A stretch of DNA of 53,748 bases from Alphaproteobacteria bacterium (GTDB taxonomy: Bacteria; Pseudomonadota; Alphaproteobacteria; JACZXZ01): assembly GCA_035604475.1 (NCBI GenBank), contig DATNIJ010000052.1, positions 1 through 53,748 on the forward strand, read 5' to 3'. The translations under genes were made by a program, and so were the position numbers. How positions within the stretch are numbered: position 1 is the first letter of the stretch; each line of letters begins with the position of its first letter. The notes below the pieces were generated by a model. It made no database searches, was not told the origin of the DNA, and worked only from the letters and a program-made list of their open reading frames with translations. This document shows, one piece after another, positions 23,067-32,031 of the stretch.

Positions 23067-24977
23067 ATGGCGCTTGAGATCGAGACTTTCAACAACCTGA
23101 CCGGCGGCAACGCCTTTTTCAAGGCGATTGGTCATCCGCTCGCCGCAGCAAAGGCGCCCGGCCTGATCGAACGTCTCGGAAGGCGCGGTCCCGTCGCCGT
23201 TTACGACCCGCTCGGCCTGGCCCAGGGCTTCGCGGCATTGCATCCCTTGGCCCGGCTCGAGCTTGCCGGCGTCTTCGTGCAGAACGTCGAGCAAGTGGGG
23301 GTGACAAGGCTGGGCCAGCGCGCCCAGCCCGTGACGGAGCTTCCGGCGAGTGCCGCCAAGAGCCTTCTGGTCATGGCCTTCGATGCCGGCCGGCTCATCG
23401 ATCACATTCGCCATCTGCTGCCGCGCGGCATCGCGCTCGAGAGCCTCGACGAGATGAAGCTGCCGCCGGACATGCTGGGCAGCGCGCGGCGCTACCTCGA
23501 CCCGCTCAACTTCGCGACGAACTTCGTCTTCTTCCGCGATGCCGACGGTCTTCACACGCGGCTCGTCAGCGCCAACTACTGGTCGGGCTACGGCGCCTCC
23601 GAGGTTGCGATTTGGCTCTGCCTTTTTGATGAGCAAGGCAAGCAATTGGCGGAGTGGCGCGAGGAACTTCCCCCCGGCCCCGCTTCCATCGTCGTCGACA
23701 GCGACGAGGTGCGCCGTCGCTTCTCGCTCCCCCCCTTCACCGGCCAGCTCTTCGTGCACGTGATCGGCGCCGTGGTGCACGACGTGGTCAAGTACGCGCT
23801 CGATACCTACGGCCAATCGGGCGCTGAACTTTCCGCGACGCATGACGCCAATTCCTGGCCGGCCGACCTCTATGCGGGCCTGCCCGCACCCCGCGAAGGC
23901 GAGCGCGTGACACTTTGGGTGCAGAACAGCCACCCGACCCCGATCCCGGCCAAGGCCGTGGGGCTCAATCTTATGGGCAGCCACGAGATCGCCTGGCTCG
24001 AGCGCGAGATCGCCCCCTTCGGCACCTTGGCGCTCGATGTGGCGTCGCTCTTGCCCGCCGCGCGCTGGCCCCAGCAGCTCGAGGTGCAGGCCGGCAAGTA
24101 TTTCGTCCGTCCGCGCTACGAGGTGAGGGCGCGCGACGGCAAGCGGCGCATCGCGCACGCGAATGTGGAGCGCAGCGACCTCAAGTGCGATCCGCGCATT
24201 GCCGAGCTCGGCAATCTGATGGGCAAGGGCTTTCTCCTGCCCGCACCCTTGCTGCCGCCCCGCGAGTTCCGCACCGTGGTGCTGCCGACTCCCATGGCGA
24301 CCTGCCAGGACGAGCTGCCCGTCGCCCTTCTCGTCTACGACTCGAGCGGGAGGGAGTGCGCGCGCCACCTCTTCGGCTGCCTCAAGCGCAACGACAGCGT
24401 GGCACTCGACCTGGCCCAGCTCGTCGATGGCGGAATGACGCTTGCGGGAGGCTACGGCCACGTCGAGCTCGTCTACGATTTCTCCCAAGGGGGAGCTGCC
24501 GACGGCTGGCTCCACGGCATCTTCCGCTACGAGGACAAGGTGAGCGGACACGCGGCCGAGACGAGCTTCGGCGCCCACGTCTTCAACACCGTGCTCACCT
24601 ATCGCAGCGAACCCCAGTCCTACGCCGGTGCTGCACCCGGCCTCAGCACCAGACTCTTCCTACGTCTGGGCGAGGCTCCGCTCGACACGCTCTGCCACCT
24701 GATCTACCCCGCATCGGCCCCCTGGCACGCCCGCTCTGCGACCGACCTCATCCTCTGCGACGGGGCGGGCAAGGAAGTGGCGCGCAAGCGGATTGAGATT
24801 CCGTGCGGCGGCTCTCGCCTGTGGCGCTACGGCGAGACCTTCGCGGCCGAGGCGCGCGCGCACGCCGGAGAGCGCGCTTATATCGTCGTGCGCGACACCA
24901 CTTGCCGGCTCTTCGGTTACCACGGCCTCGTGGGCAGCAACCGAAGCTTCAGTCTCGACCACATGTTCGGCTTTTGA
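23067..24977 (+). CDS. Large conserved-looking hypothetical protein with four internal repeat modules
   Basis: 636-aa ORF starting 27 nt after the ELM1-family stop. The amino-acid composition looks coding and I recognise no family. See the finding on this locus for the repeat structure. Confidence 0.7.
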   Translation: MALEIETFNNLTGGNAFFKAIGHPLAAAKAPGLIERLGRRGPVAVYDPLGLAQGFAALHPLARLELAGVFVQNVEQVGVTRLGQRAQPVTELPASAAKSLLVMAFDAGRLIDHIRHLLPRGIALESLDEMKLPPDMLGSARRYLDPLNFATNFVFFRDADGLHTRLVSANYWSGYGASEVAIWLCLFDEQGKQLAEWREELPPGPASIVVDSDEVRRRFSLPPFTGQLFVHVIGAVVHDVVKYALDTYGQSGAELSATHDANSWPADLYAGLPAPREGERVTLWVQNSHPTPIPAKAVGLNLMGSHEIAWLEREIAPFGTLALDVASLLPAARWPQQLEVQAGKYFVRPRYEVRARDGKRRIAHANVERSDLKCDPRIAELGNLMGKGFLLPAPLLPPREFRTVVLPTPMATCQDELPVALLVYDSSGRECARHLFGCLKRNDSVALDLAQLVDGGMTLAGGYGHVELVYDFSQGGAADGWLHGIFRYEDKVSGHAAETSFGAHVFNTVLTYRSEPQSYAGAAPGLSTRLFLRLGEAPLDTLCHLIYPASAPWHARSATDLILCDGAGKEVARKRIEIPCGGSRLWRYGETFAAEARAHAGERAYIVVRDTTCRLFGYHGLVGSNRSFSLDHMFGF

Positions 24978-25184
24978 GGCCCGGTTTTCACGCGAGACTC
25001 GATTTTCGCGAGGTGGCGCCGGCCGCGCAGCCGCCGCCGCCATTGACCTCCTTGCGAGCGCTCCGCGGCAGAGTTGGCGTCACGACGCAAACCATGTCTT
25101 GCCTGCCGCGCATGGGCCTCTTATCTTCTGTGCTCATTTGGCAGGGCTTCGATACCTCCCTCATAAGGCCTTGGACCGCGCATC

Positions 25185-26156
25185 ATGGCCAACTCCCGTC
25201 GCAGCAAGACCGTCATCATCGGATCGGGGCCGGCAGGCTACACGGCGGCCATATACGCCGCGCGCGCCAACCTGAGGCCGATCCTCGTTGCCGGGCTCGA
25301 GCCGGGGGGCCAGCTCACGATCACCACGGATGTGGAGAACTACCCGGGTTTTGCCGAGGTGATTCAAGGGCCCTGGCTCATGGAGCAGATGAAAGGCCAA
25401 GCCGAGCAGGTCGGCACCGAGATCGTCAACGACTTGATCGTGGAGGTGGATTTCGCCGGCCGGCCCTTTCGGCTGGTGGGCGACTCGGGCGATCTCTACT
25501 TCGCGGATAGCGTGATCGTCGCGACGGGGGCGCAAGCGCGCTGGCTCGGCATCCCGAGCGAGGAAGCCTTTCGCGGCCACGGCGTCTCGGCCTGCGCCAC
25601 CTGCGACGGATTCTTCTATCGCGGCAAGTCGGTCGCGGTGATCGGCGGCGGCAACACGGCCGTCGAGGAGGCGCTCTTTCTCACCAATTTCGCGAGCCAG
25701 GTCACTCTCGTTCACCGGCGCGACAAGCTGCGCGCCGAGAAGATCCTGCAGGACCGCCTCTTCAAGAACCCGAAGGTGGCGGTGATTTGGGACCATGTGG
25801 TGGAGGAGATCGTCGGAACCGGCGCGCCGCCAGCGGTGACGGGGATCGAGCTCAAGCCCGTCAAGGGAGGAGCCACGCGCAGGCTCGCCGCCGACGGCGT
25901 CTTCATCGCCATCGGTCACGAGCCCGCGACGGCGATCTTCAAGGGCAAGGTCGCGATGGACGCCGCCGGTTACATCTCGACCGCACCCGACAGCACCGCG
26001 ACCAGCATGCCGGGCGTGTTCGCGGCAGGCGACGTCAAGGACAAGGTGTTCCGTCAAGCCGTGACCGCGGCCGGAATGGGGTGCATGGCGGCACTCGAGG
26101 CCGAGCGCTATCTCGCCGCCCAAGAGCACGTCTCCGAGCGCAGCGCCGCGGAGTGA
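25185..26156 (+). CDS. trxB: Thioredoxin-disulfide reductase
   Basis: GSGPAGYTAAIYAARA (FAD), redox-active CATCDG, GGGNTAVEEALFL (NADPH) and GVFAAGDV motifs are present. Confidence 0.95.
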   Translation: MANSRRSKTVIIGSGPAGYTAAIYAARANLRPILVAGLEPGGQLTITTDVENYPGFAEVIQGPWLMEQMKGQAEQVGTEIVNDLIVEVDFAGRPFRLVGDSGDLYFADSVIVATGAQARWLGIPSEEAFRGHGVSACATCDGFFYRGKSVAVIGGGNTAVEEALFLTNFASQVTLVHRRDKLRAEKILQDRLFKNPKVAVIWDHVVEEIVGTGAPPAVTGIELKPVKGGATRRLAADGVFIAIGHEPATAIFKGKVAMDAAGYISTAPDSTATSMPGVFAAGDVKDKVFRQAVTAAGMGCMAALEAERYLAAQEHVSERSAAE

Positions 26157-26217
26157 GGCGCGGATGAACCGCGAGGGCCTCGGCCAGGTCAGGCTGCCGC
26201 GAGATCGGGGCAGGGGA

Positions 26218-27108
26218 ATGGATTGGGACAAGCTCAGAGTGTTTCATGCCGTCGCCGAGGCCGGCAGCTTCACCCATGCAGGCGAAGTCCTCAAGCTCAG
26301 CCAGTCGGCGGTGAGCCGCCAGATCAGCGCGCTCGAAGAGAGCCTTTCCACCACGCTCTTCCACCGCCACGCCCGCGGCCTCATCCTGACCGAGCAGGGC
26401 GAGCTTCTGAACCAGACGGTCAAGGAGGTGTTCGGCAAGCTCGCCATGACCGAGGCGATGCTGACCGAGAGCAAGGAGCGCCCGAAGGGTCCGCTCAAGG
26501 TCACCACGACGGTCGCCTTCGGCTCGACCTGGCTGACGCCGCGCATTCGGGAGTTCCTCGATCTCTATCCCGAGATCGAAATGACGCTGCTGCTCGAGGA
26601 CGGCGAGCTCGACCTCTCCATGCGCCAAGCCGATGTGGCGATCCGCATGGCGCCGCCGCGCCAGCCGGATCTGATCCAGCGCCAGCTCATGAAGGTGCAT
26701 GTGCACCTCTTCAGCACCAAGCAGTATCTCGAGGCTGCCGGTACGCCCAAGACGCCGGAAGACCTCGAAGCGCACAAGATCGTCATCTTCGGCGAGGAGG
26801 CGCGACTGCCGGCGACCAGCGTCAATTGGCTCTTGGATCTCTGCAAGGCGCACAAGCACATGCCCAAGCAGGTCTTGCGCGTCAACAACATCTACGGCAT
26901 CTACCGCGCCGTGCGCGGCGGCCTGGGCATCGCCTCCCTCCCTGACTACATGGTCGGCGACACGACGGACCTCGTCCGCGTGCTCCCCGATCTCCAGGGA
27001 CCGGAAATCGACGCCTACTTCGTCTACCCGGAAGTGTTGCGGCACTCGAAGCGCATCGCCGTGTTCCGCGATTTTCTCGTCAAGCGCATCGCCGAATTCC
27101 GCTTCTGA
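26218..27108 (+). CDS. lsrB: LysR-family transcriptional regulator, LsrB/VtlR-like (immediately downstream of trxB)
   Basis: MDWDKLRVFHAVAEAGSFTHAGEVLKLSQSAVSRQISALEESL is the wHTH region. The trxB-LTTR-sRNA arrangement matches the remembered rhizobial lsrB/vtlR locus. Confidence 0.7.
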   Translation: MDWDKLRVFHAVAEAGSFTHAGEVLKLSQSAVSRQISALEESLSTTLFHRHARGLILTEQGELLNQTVKEVFGKLAMTEAMLTESKERPKGPLKVTTTVAFGSTWLTPRIREFLDLYPEIEMTLLLEDGELDLSMRQADVAIRMAPPRQPDLIQRQLMKVHVHLFSTKQYLEAAGTPKTPEDLEAHKIVIFGEEARLPATSVNWLLDLCKAHKHMPKQVLRVNNIYGIYRAVRGGLGIASLPDYMVGDTTDLVRVLPDLQGPEIDAYFVYPEVLRHSKRIAVFRDFLVKRIAEFRF

Positions 27109-27130
27109 GCGGCCGAGCGCGGGGTCAAGA

Positions 27131-27159
27131 CATGCGAAATGCGCATGGCTCGCTTGACT
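27131..27159 (+). promoter_or_regulatory. LTTR-type box plus -35-like hexamer upstream of the candidate sRNA
   Basis: CATGCG-N5-CGCATG at 27131-27147 contains T-N11-A. TTGACT follows at 27154-27159. No good -10 hexamer is seen, as is common for activator-dependent promoters. Confidence 0.4.
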
Positions 27160-27186
27160 ATTTTGGTGTGGTCTTCCCAGCGAAAA

Positions 27187-27368
27187 AGCCTATTTCTTGA
27201 TCAGGCCATGATGCTGCGTTGCAGCAAGGCCGCAGATTTGACGAGTTTCGGGGCGTGGCCCCGAGCGGGTTCCAGGCGCAAGGCCTGGAAGGGGTCTTCG
27301 GACCCTACGTCTCCCAGACGTGAAGCCTCCCTGTTCAACTCACCGGGCCTTCGGGCCCGGTTTTTTTT
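27187..27368 (+). ncRNA. Candidate AbcR-family (alpha-r15-like) structured sRNA; 5' end uncertain, 3' end defined by the terminator
   Basis: There is no credible ORF. The region contains successive hairpins: GCTGC-GTT-GCAGC, TCGGGGC-GTG-GCCCCGA, TTCCAGGC-GCAAG-GCCTGGAA, GGGTC-TTCG-GACCC and ACGTCT-CCC-AGACGT. CUCCCA lies at 27311-27316 and single-stranded CCUCCC at 27326-27331, ahead of the terminator. Confidence 0.55.
27343..27368 (+). terminator. Rho-independent terminator
   Basis: CCGGGCC-TTCG-GGCCCGG followed by T8. Confidence 0.85.
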
Positions 27369-27471
27369 GGCTGCTACGGCTTAGGACTAAGCACCCGCAT
27401 CGCCGAGTTAGGGGGCGGTGGGACCACGCGCGGGCGCCAGCGGAGCCGGCCCTCTTTGCAAAGCACTCCTG

Positions 27472-28191
27472 CTACGACGCGGGCTTCTGCGGCAGCACCG
27501 TTACCGCATCGGGCCGCCACGCTTCGGGGAAGAGCCGCTCGAGCGCCTCCACCTTGGGCATGTCCTGGAAGGCGATATAGGGCTGGTGGGGATGGAGAAG
27601 GAGATAATCCTGGTGATAGGCCTCGGCCGGATAAAAGCCGGTGAACGCCTCCACCCGCGTCGCGATCGGCCGCGGCCAGACGTGCGCCGCCTCGAGCTGC
27701 GCCAAATAGGCGCGCGCTACACGCGCCTGATCGGCATCCCCCACCCAGATCTCGGAGCGGTATTGCGGGCCCCAGTCCGGGCCCTGATGATCGACCTCGG
27801 TCGGATCGAGCGCCACCGAGAAGAAGATCTGGAGGATGCGGCCGAAGCTGATCTGCCGCGGGTCGTAAGTGATCTGCACCGTCTCGGCGTGGCCGGTCTT
27901 GCCGCTGCTGACGGTGTCGTAGTCGGCGCTGTCGGCGCTCCCGCCGGCATAGCCCGAGACCGCGCGCTCGACCCCCCTCACATGCTCGAACACGCCCTGG
28001 ATGCCCCAAAAACAGCCGCCCGAGAGCGTCGCCACCTGCCGCTCGCCGGCGGCCGGCAGATCGAGCGCGGGTGCCGGTACCAACTGCGGCGCCGCGTCGG
28101 CATGGGCACCCGGAGCGCGCAGCACGAGTAGGGCTACCGCCGCGGTCAGCGCCGCGGCTGCGAGCGCGCGAAGCAGATATCGATGCAACAT
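27472..28191 (-). CDS. msrA: Peptide-methionine (S)-S-oxide reductase MsrA with N-terminal signal peptide
   Basis: GGCFWGIQGVFEHVRGV is the catalytic motif. The N-terminus MLHRYLLRALAAAALTAAVALLVLRAPGAHA is signal-peptide-like, which suggests an exported enzyme. Confidence 0.9.
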   Translation of the reverse strand: MLHRYLLRALAAAALTAAVALLVLRAPGAHADAAPQLVPAPALDLPAAGERQVATLSGGCFWGIQGVFEHVRGVERAVSGYAGGSADSADYDTVSSGKTGHAETVQITYDPRQISFGRILQIFFSVALDPTEVDHQGPDWGPQYRSEIWVGDADQARVARAYLAQLEAAHVWPRPIATRVEAFTGFYPAEAYHQDYLLLHPHQPYIAFQDMPKVEALERLFPEAWRPDAVTVLPQKPAS

Positions 28192-28306
28192 CGGCAGTTC
28201 CTCCGGACCCTGGTTGCCGGCGCGCCGTTGATTTGGTGCCGAATGGCGCGTGGGGCAAGGCTCGACGGCCCTGATCGGGAGGCGACGGCCGGCACCCGCC
28301 GCTACA

Positions 28307-28726
28307 CTACCCGATCCGCTCCCACAGGGAGCGCTCCTTCTCGACCTCGGCTTTCTCTTCGCCGTAGAAGTCGCGGCGCGAGACGACGCCCAAAATGCGG
28401 CCGCGCTTCACCACCGGCAGGTGGCGATAGCCGCCGTCCTCCATCATGCGGAGCGCCTCGAGCGCGAGCGTGTCGGGCCTCACCGTGTCGGGCTTCTCGG
28501 TCATCACTTGGGCGAGCGGCGTCGTCAGGGGATCGAGCTTCGCGGCAACGACCCGGTTGACCACGTCGCGCTCGGTGAAGATGCCCATGAGCTTGTGCTC
28601 GTCGGTGACCAGCACCGAGCCACAGTTCCGCGCCTTCATCAGGCAGGCGGCCTCGTAGACCGTAGCACTTGGCGCCAGCTCGGCGAACTCCCCACCCACC
28701 ATCATGTCCGCGATCTTGCGCAGCAT
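28307..28726 (-). CDS. CBS domain pair protein
   Basis: Start at MLRKIADMM. Two CBS repeats are present (..GSVLVTDEHKLMGIFTERDVV.. and ..YRHLPVVKRGRILGVVSRRD..). Confidence 0.85.
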   Translation of the reverse strand: MLRKIADMMVGGEFAELAPSATVYEAACLMKARNCGSVLVTDEHKLMGIFTERDVVNRVVAAKLDPLTTPLAQVMTEKPDTVRPDTLALEALRMMEDGGYRHLPVVKRGRILGVVSRRDFYGEEKAEVEKERSLWERIG

Positions 28727-29001
28727 GGCCCCACCTCCCAAAGCGAGATTTTCCCGGCGAGCCGCTCCGACGGGCCCCAGCATAGCAGGCCCCCGCTCCG
28801 GACCGAACAGCCGTCGTCCGGCCCGGGCATCGCCGCGCGGCAGCTTCGGCGCCGAAGGCCTTGTCCCTCCCCGGCAGGGGAGCATTTGATAAGTCATTTG
28901 GCTCGAGCCTAGCCGGTCGGGCCCGTATATGCCTATGGTGGATACGAGCCGAAATCAGCGCCCCCTGAGGGCGCACGGAGCGCAGCAAAGGACGAACCGC
29001 A

Positions 29002-30054
29002 ATGATGCCGGCATCCTCGCGGCCGATAAAGTTCGCAGCGATCGGTCTCGATCATCGTCATATTTATGAAATGACGGGGCGTCTCTTGGAGCTCGGCAGC
29101 GAGTGCGTTGGTTACTGGACCGACGGCGAGCCACAGCCCCTCGCCGGTTTCATCAGGCGCTACCCGCAGATTCCCCGTGTCGCCGACAAGCAGCGCCTCC
29201 TCGAGGATGCGACGGTGCAGCTGATCCTCACCGCTGCGATTCCTGCGGACCGCGCCGCGATCGCGATCGAGGCGATGCGCTGCGGGAAGGACGTGATGGC
29301 GGACAAGCCCGGCTGCACCACCGCCGATCAGCTCGCAGCACTCCGCCAGACCGTCGCCGAGACGGGACGCATCTGGTCGGTAAATTATTCCGAGCGGTTC
29401 GAGGTGGCAGCCGTGACCCGCGCCATCGAGCTCGTTTGCTCTGGCGCGATCGGCCGGGTCGTGCAGACCACAGGCCTGGGACCGCATCGGCTGAACCGCC
29501 AGCTGCGCCCAGCCTGGTTTTTCGAGCGCGAACGGTACGGCGGCGCGCTGTGCGATATCGGCTGCCATCAGATCGAGCAGTTCCTGACCTTCACCGGCTC
29601 AAGCGATGCCGAGATCGTCAGCGCGGCGGTCGGTAATTTCGCCAATCCCGCTGATCCGGGATTCGAGGATTTCGGGGAGATGCTGCTAGAGAGCGACCGC
29701 GGTCGGGGCTATGTCCGGGTCGACTGGTACACCCCCGACGGCCTGGCGAACTGGGGCGACGGGCGCCTCACGATCCTCGGCACAGGGGGCTACATCGAGC
29801 TGCGTAAATTTGTCGACATTGCCGGACGTCCCGGTACCAACCATCTGTTTTTGGTCGACAACAAGGAGACGCGCTACATCGACTGCAGCGATGCCGGCTT
29901 GCCATATTACCCCGATCTCAGCGCCGACATCCTCGACCGGACGGAGCGCGCGATGACTCAGGCGCATTGCTTCAAGGTAATGGAGCTGGCGCTTCGGGCC
30001 GAGGCGATGGCGAGGCGGCTCGGCAACCTGCAAGTGCCGGCGCGAGCACTTTGA
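29002..30054 (+). CDS. Gfo/Idh/MocA family oxidoreductase
   Basis: 350 aa. It has an N-terminal Rossmann-like IKFAAIGLDHRHI segment and the typical C-terminal alpha/beta domain. Confidence 0.75.
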   Translation: MMPASSRPIKFAAIGLDHRHIYEMTGRLLELGSECVGYWTDGEPQPLAGFIRRYPQIPRVADKQRLLEDATVQLILTAAIPADRAAIAIEAMRCGKDVMADKPGCTTADQLAALRQTVAETGRIWSVNYSERFEVAAVTRAIELVCSGAIGRVVQTTGLGPHRLNRQLRPAWFFERERYGGALCDIGCHQIEQFLTFTGSSDAEIVSAAVGNFANPADPGFEDFGEMLLESDRGRGYVRVDWYTPDGLANWGDGRLTILGTGGYIELRKFVDIAGRPGTNHLFLVDNKETRYIDCSDAGLPYYPDLSADILDRTERAMTQAHCFKVMELALRAEAMARRLGNLQVPARAL

Positions 30055-30230
30055 GGTGCTGCGCCGGGATCACCCTCCGGCCGCCCCGAAGAAACAGCGT
30101 ACATTGCCACGCGGGCGTGCATAGGGCGCGATCAGCCGGCTTGACCCCGACACCGGCACCTCCTTTAATGACTAACGGGCTGCATGTGGCATGGGCGCAC
30201 CGCAAGACGCCTGGCCGCAGGGAGAATCTG

Positions 30231-31034
30231 ATGGCCTTGTCGCAAAGCGGATGGCATCGCTGGCTCCGGGCCGGGTGGAGTAGGCCATTTATTTTCCTGA
30301 TGTTGCTCGTGGTCGGCTGGGATCTCGCCATCCGCATTTTCCACATACCGCCCTACCAGGTCCCGGCGCCGAAAGATGTGTTGATCGTGCTGTGGCAGGG
30401 TTGGCCGAAGCTGCTCGCCGAAGCTTGGCCAACCACCGTCGCCACCGTCGAGGGCTTCATTCTTTCCGCGCTCTTCGGCATTCCCATGGCGATGCTGATC
30501 GTCGGCTCGCGCACCGTCGAGAGTTACGTCTATCCGCTCCTCGTGTTCTCGCAGTCGATCCCGAAGATCGCCATCGCGCCGCTGTTCGTCGTCTGGTTCG
30601 GCTTCGGCATGCTGCCCAAAGTGCTCTCGGCATTCTTGCTCGGCTTCTTCCCGGTCGTCGTATCGGCCGTGCAGGGCTTCAAATCGGTCGAGCCCGACAT
30701 GCTCGATCTCGCCCGCGCCATGGAGGCCAACCGCCTCCAGATCTTCCGCATAATCAGGCTACCGCATGCGTTGCCGGCAATCTTCTCCGGGCTGAAGGTG
30801 TCGGTCACGCTTGCCGTGGTCGGCGCCGTGGTCGGCGAATTCGTCGGTTCCAATTCGGGCCTTGGCTTCGTGCTGCAACGGTCCATAGGCAATTTCGAGC
30901 TGCCGACGATGTTCGCAGCACTGGTCTTGCTCTCGCTTATCGGCGTGATCCTGTTCTGGATCGTCGACGTGATCGAGCGGTTTGCAATTCCGTGGCACGC
31001 GAGCCAACGCCAGGATTTCATGCTCGCTGCATGA
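30231..31034 (+). CDS. ABC transporter permease, NitT/TauT (SsuC-like) family
   Basis: Start at MALSQSGWH. Six hydrophobic segments and an EAA-like loop (DLARAMEANRLQIFRIIRLPHALP) are present. Confidence 0.85.
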   Translation: MALSQSGWHRWLRAGWSRPFIFLMLLVVGWDLAIRIFHIPPYQVPAPKDVLIVLWQGWPKLLAEAWPTTVATVEGFILSALFGIPMAMLIVGSRTVESYVYPLLVFSQSIPKIAIAPLFVVWFGFGMLPKVLSAFLLGFFPVVVSAVQGFKSVEPDMLDLARAMEANRLQIFRIIRLPHALPAIFSGLKVSVTLAVVGAVVGEFVGSNSGLGFVLQRSIGNFELPTMFAALVLLSLIGVILFWIVDVIERFAIPWHASQRQDFMLAA

Positions 31035-31056
31035 CCGGACACAACGGGAGGACAGC

Positions 31057-32031
31057 ATGTTGCGATTGTTAATCACGCTCGGCGTAATCCTGCTCGCGGG
31101 GCCGGCATTGGCCGCGGACAAGGTCACGCTGATGCTGAATTGGTATGTCTATGGCGAGCACGCGCCATTCTATTACGGCAAGGAAAAAGGGTTCTACTCG
31201 GCGAAGGGGATCGACCTCGAGATACAGGAAGGCCGCGGCTCGGGCATCGTGACGCAGGTCGTCGCGGCAGGGACCGTGCCCTTCGGCTACGTTGACGTGC
31301 CCACCATGATGCGGGCAGCGGTGAAGGGCGCGCCAGTCATTGCGGTAGGCGTCGCCTTGCAGACCAATCCCATGTCGGTGATGGGCTTTGCCGACAAGAA
31401 CATCAGGAAGCCGTCGGACATCAAAGGCAAGACAGTCGCCACCACGCCCGGCGATTCCATGTCGCAAATCTGGCCGCTCTTCCTGAAGAAGACCGGGCTC
31501 ACGGAAAGCGATTTCAAGACCGTTTCGGGCGATGCCACGACCAAGCTGAATGCCGTCATCAACGGCCAAGCCGATCTCCTGCTCGGTTACGTCATGGACC
31601 AGAGCATGAAGATCAAGGATGCCACGGGCAAGGACGTCTATCCGATCAAGTTCGCCGATTACGGCATCAATCTCGTCAGCTCCGGCGTGGTCACCAGCAC
31701 GGATTACCTGAAAGAACATGCCGACCTGGTGAGGCGGTTTCTCGCGGCGACCGTGGAAGCGATCCAGGAGGCCTCCATGCATCCGAGAGACGCGGCGCAG
31801 GCTATCCTCAACGCCAATCCGAAGGGCGGCAAAATCGATACGCTCACGCAGGGATTTGAGCTCACAATCCCGCTCTACAAGGATCCAACCGGAAAATCGA
31901 AGGAGCCGCTGCGCGTGAGCGACGAGAACATGGCAGAGACGGTCGATGTGATGGTCGAGTACGGCGGGCTCGACGCAAAGGCAAAGGAGCATCTCAAGGA
32001 CTATTACACAAACGCCTATCTGCCGAAGTGA
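31057..32031 (+). CDS. ABC transporter substrate-binding protein, NMT1/THI5-like (NitT/TauT family)
   Basis: Signal peptide MLRLLITLGVILLAGPALAADKV, followed by LMLNWYVYGEHAPFYYGKEKGFY, which is typical of this SBP family. Confidence 0.85.
   Translation: MLRLLITLGVILLAGPALAADKVTLMLNWYVYGEHAPFYYGKEKGFYSAKGIDLEIQEGRGSGIVTQVVAAGTVPFGYVDVPTMMRAAVKGAPVIAVGVALQTNPMSVMGFADKNIRKPSDIKGKTVATTPGDSMSQIWPLFLKKTGLTESDFKTVSGDATTKLNAVINGQADLLLGYVMDQSMKIKDATGKDVYPIKFADYGINLVSSGVVTSTDYLKEHADLVRRFLAATVEAIQEASMHPRDAAQAILNANPKGGKIDTLTQGFELTIPLYKDPTGKSKEPLRVSDENMAETVDVMVEYGGLDAKAKEHLKDYYTNAYLPK

Noticed and set aside
27146-27160. Sigma-54 promoter (TGGC..TTGC) upstream of the candidate sRNA
   Set aside because: TGGCTCGCTTGACT does not keep the GG-N10-GC spacing of -24/-12 promoters.
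27109-27368. Alternative identities for the structured RNA: 6S RNA, SRP RNA, tmRNA piece
   Set aside because: There is no long 5'/3' closing helix with a central bubble (6S). There is no GGAA..AGCA SRP domain IV motif. There is no tRNA-like GGTTCGA T-arm, CCA end or tag ORF (tmRNA). The neighbourhood (trxB-lsrB) fits AbcR-type sRNAs better.
27139-27384. 81-aa ORF in the lsrB-msrA spacer
   Set aside because: It reads straight through a canonical hairpin-T8 terminator and a series of tetraloop hairpins, and its composition is not protein-like. The region is better explained as a structured sRNA.
30055-30230. TPP (THI-box) riboswitch upstream of the NMT1/THI5-like ABC importer genes
   Set aside because: The 176-nt spacer lacks the conserved CTGAGA and ACCTGATCTGGATAATGCCAGCG-type elements, and no other riboswitch core was recognisable.
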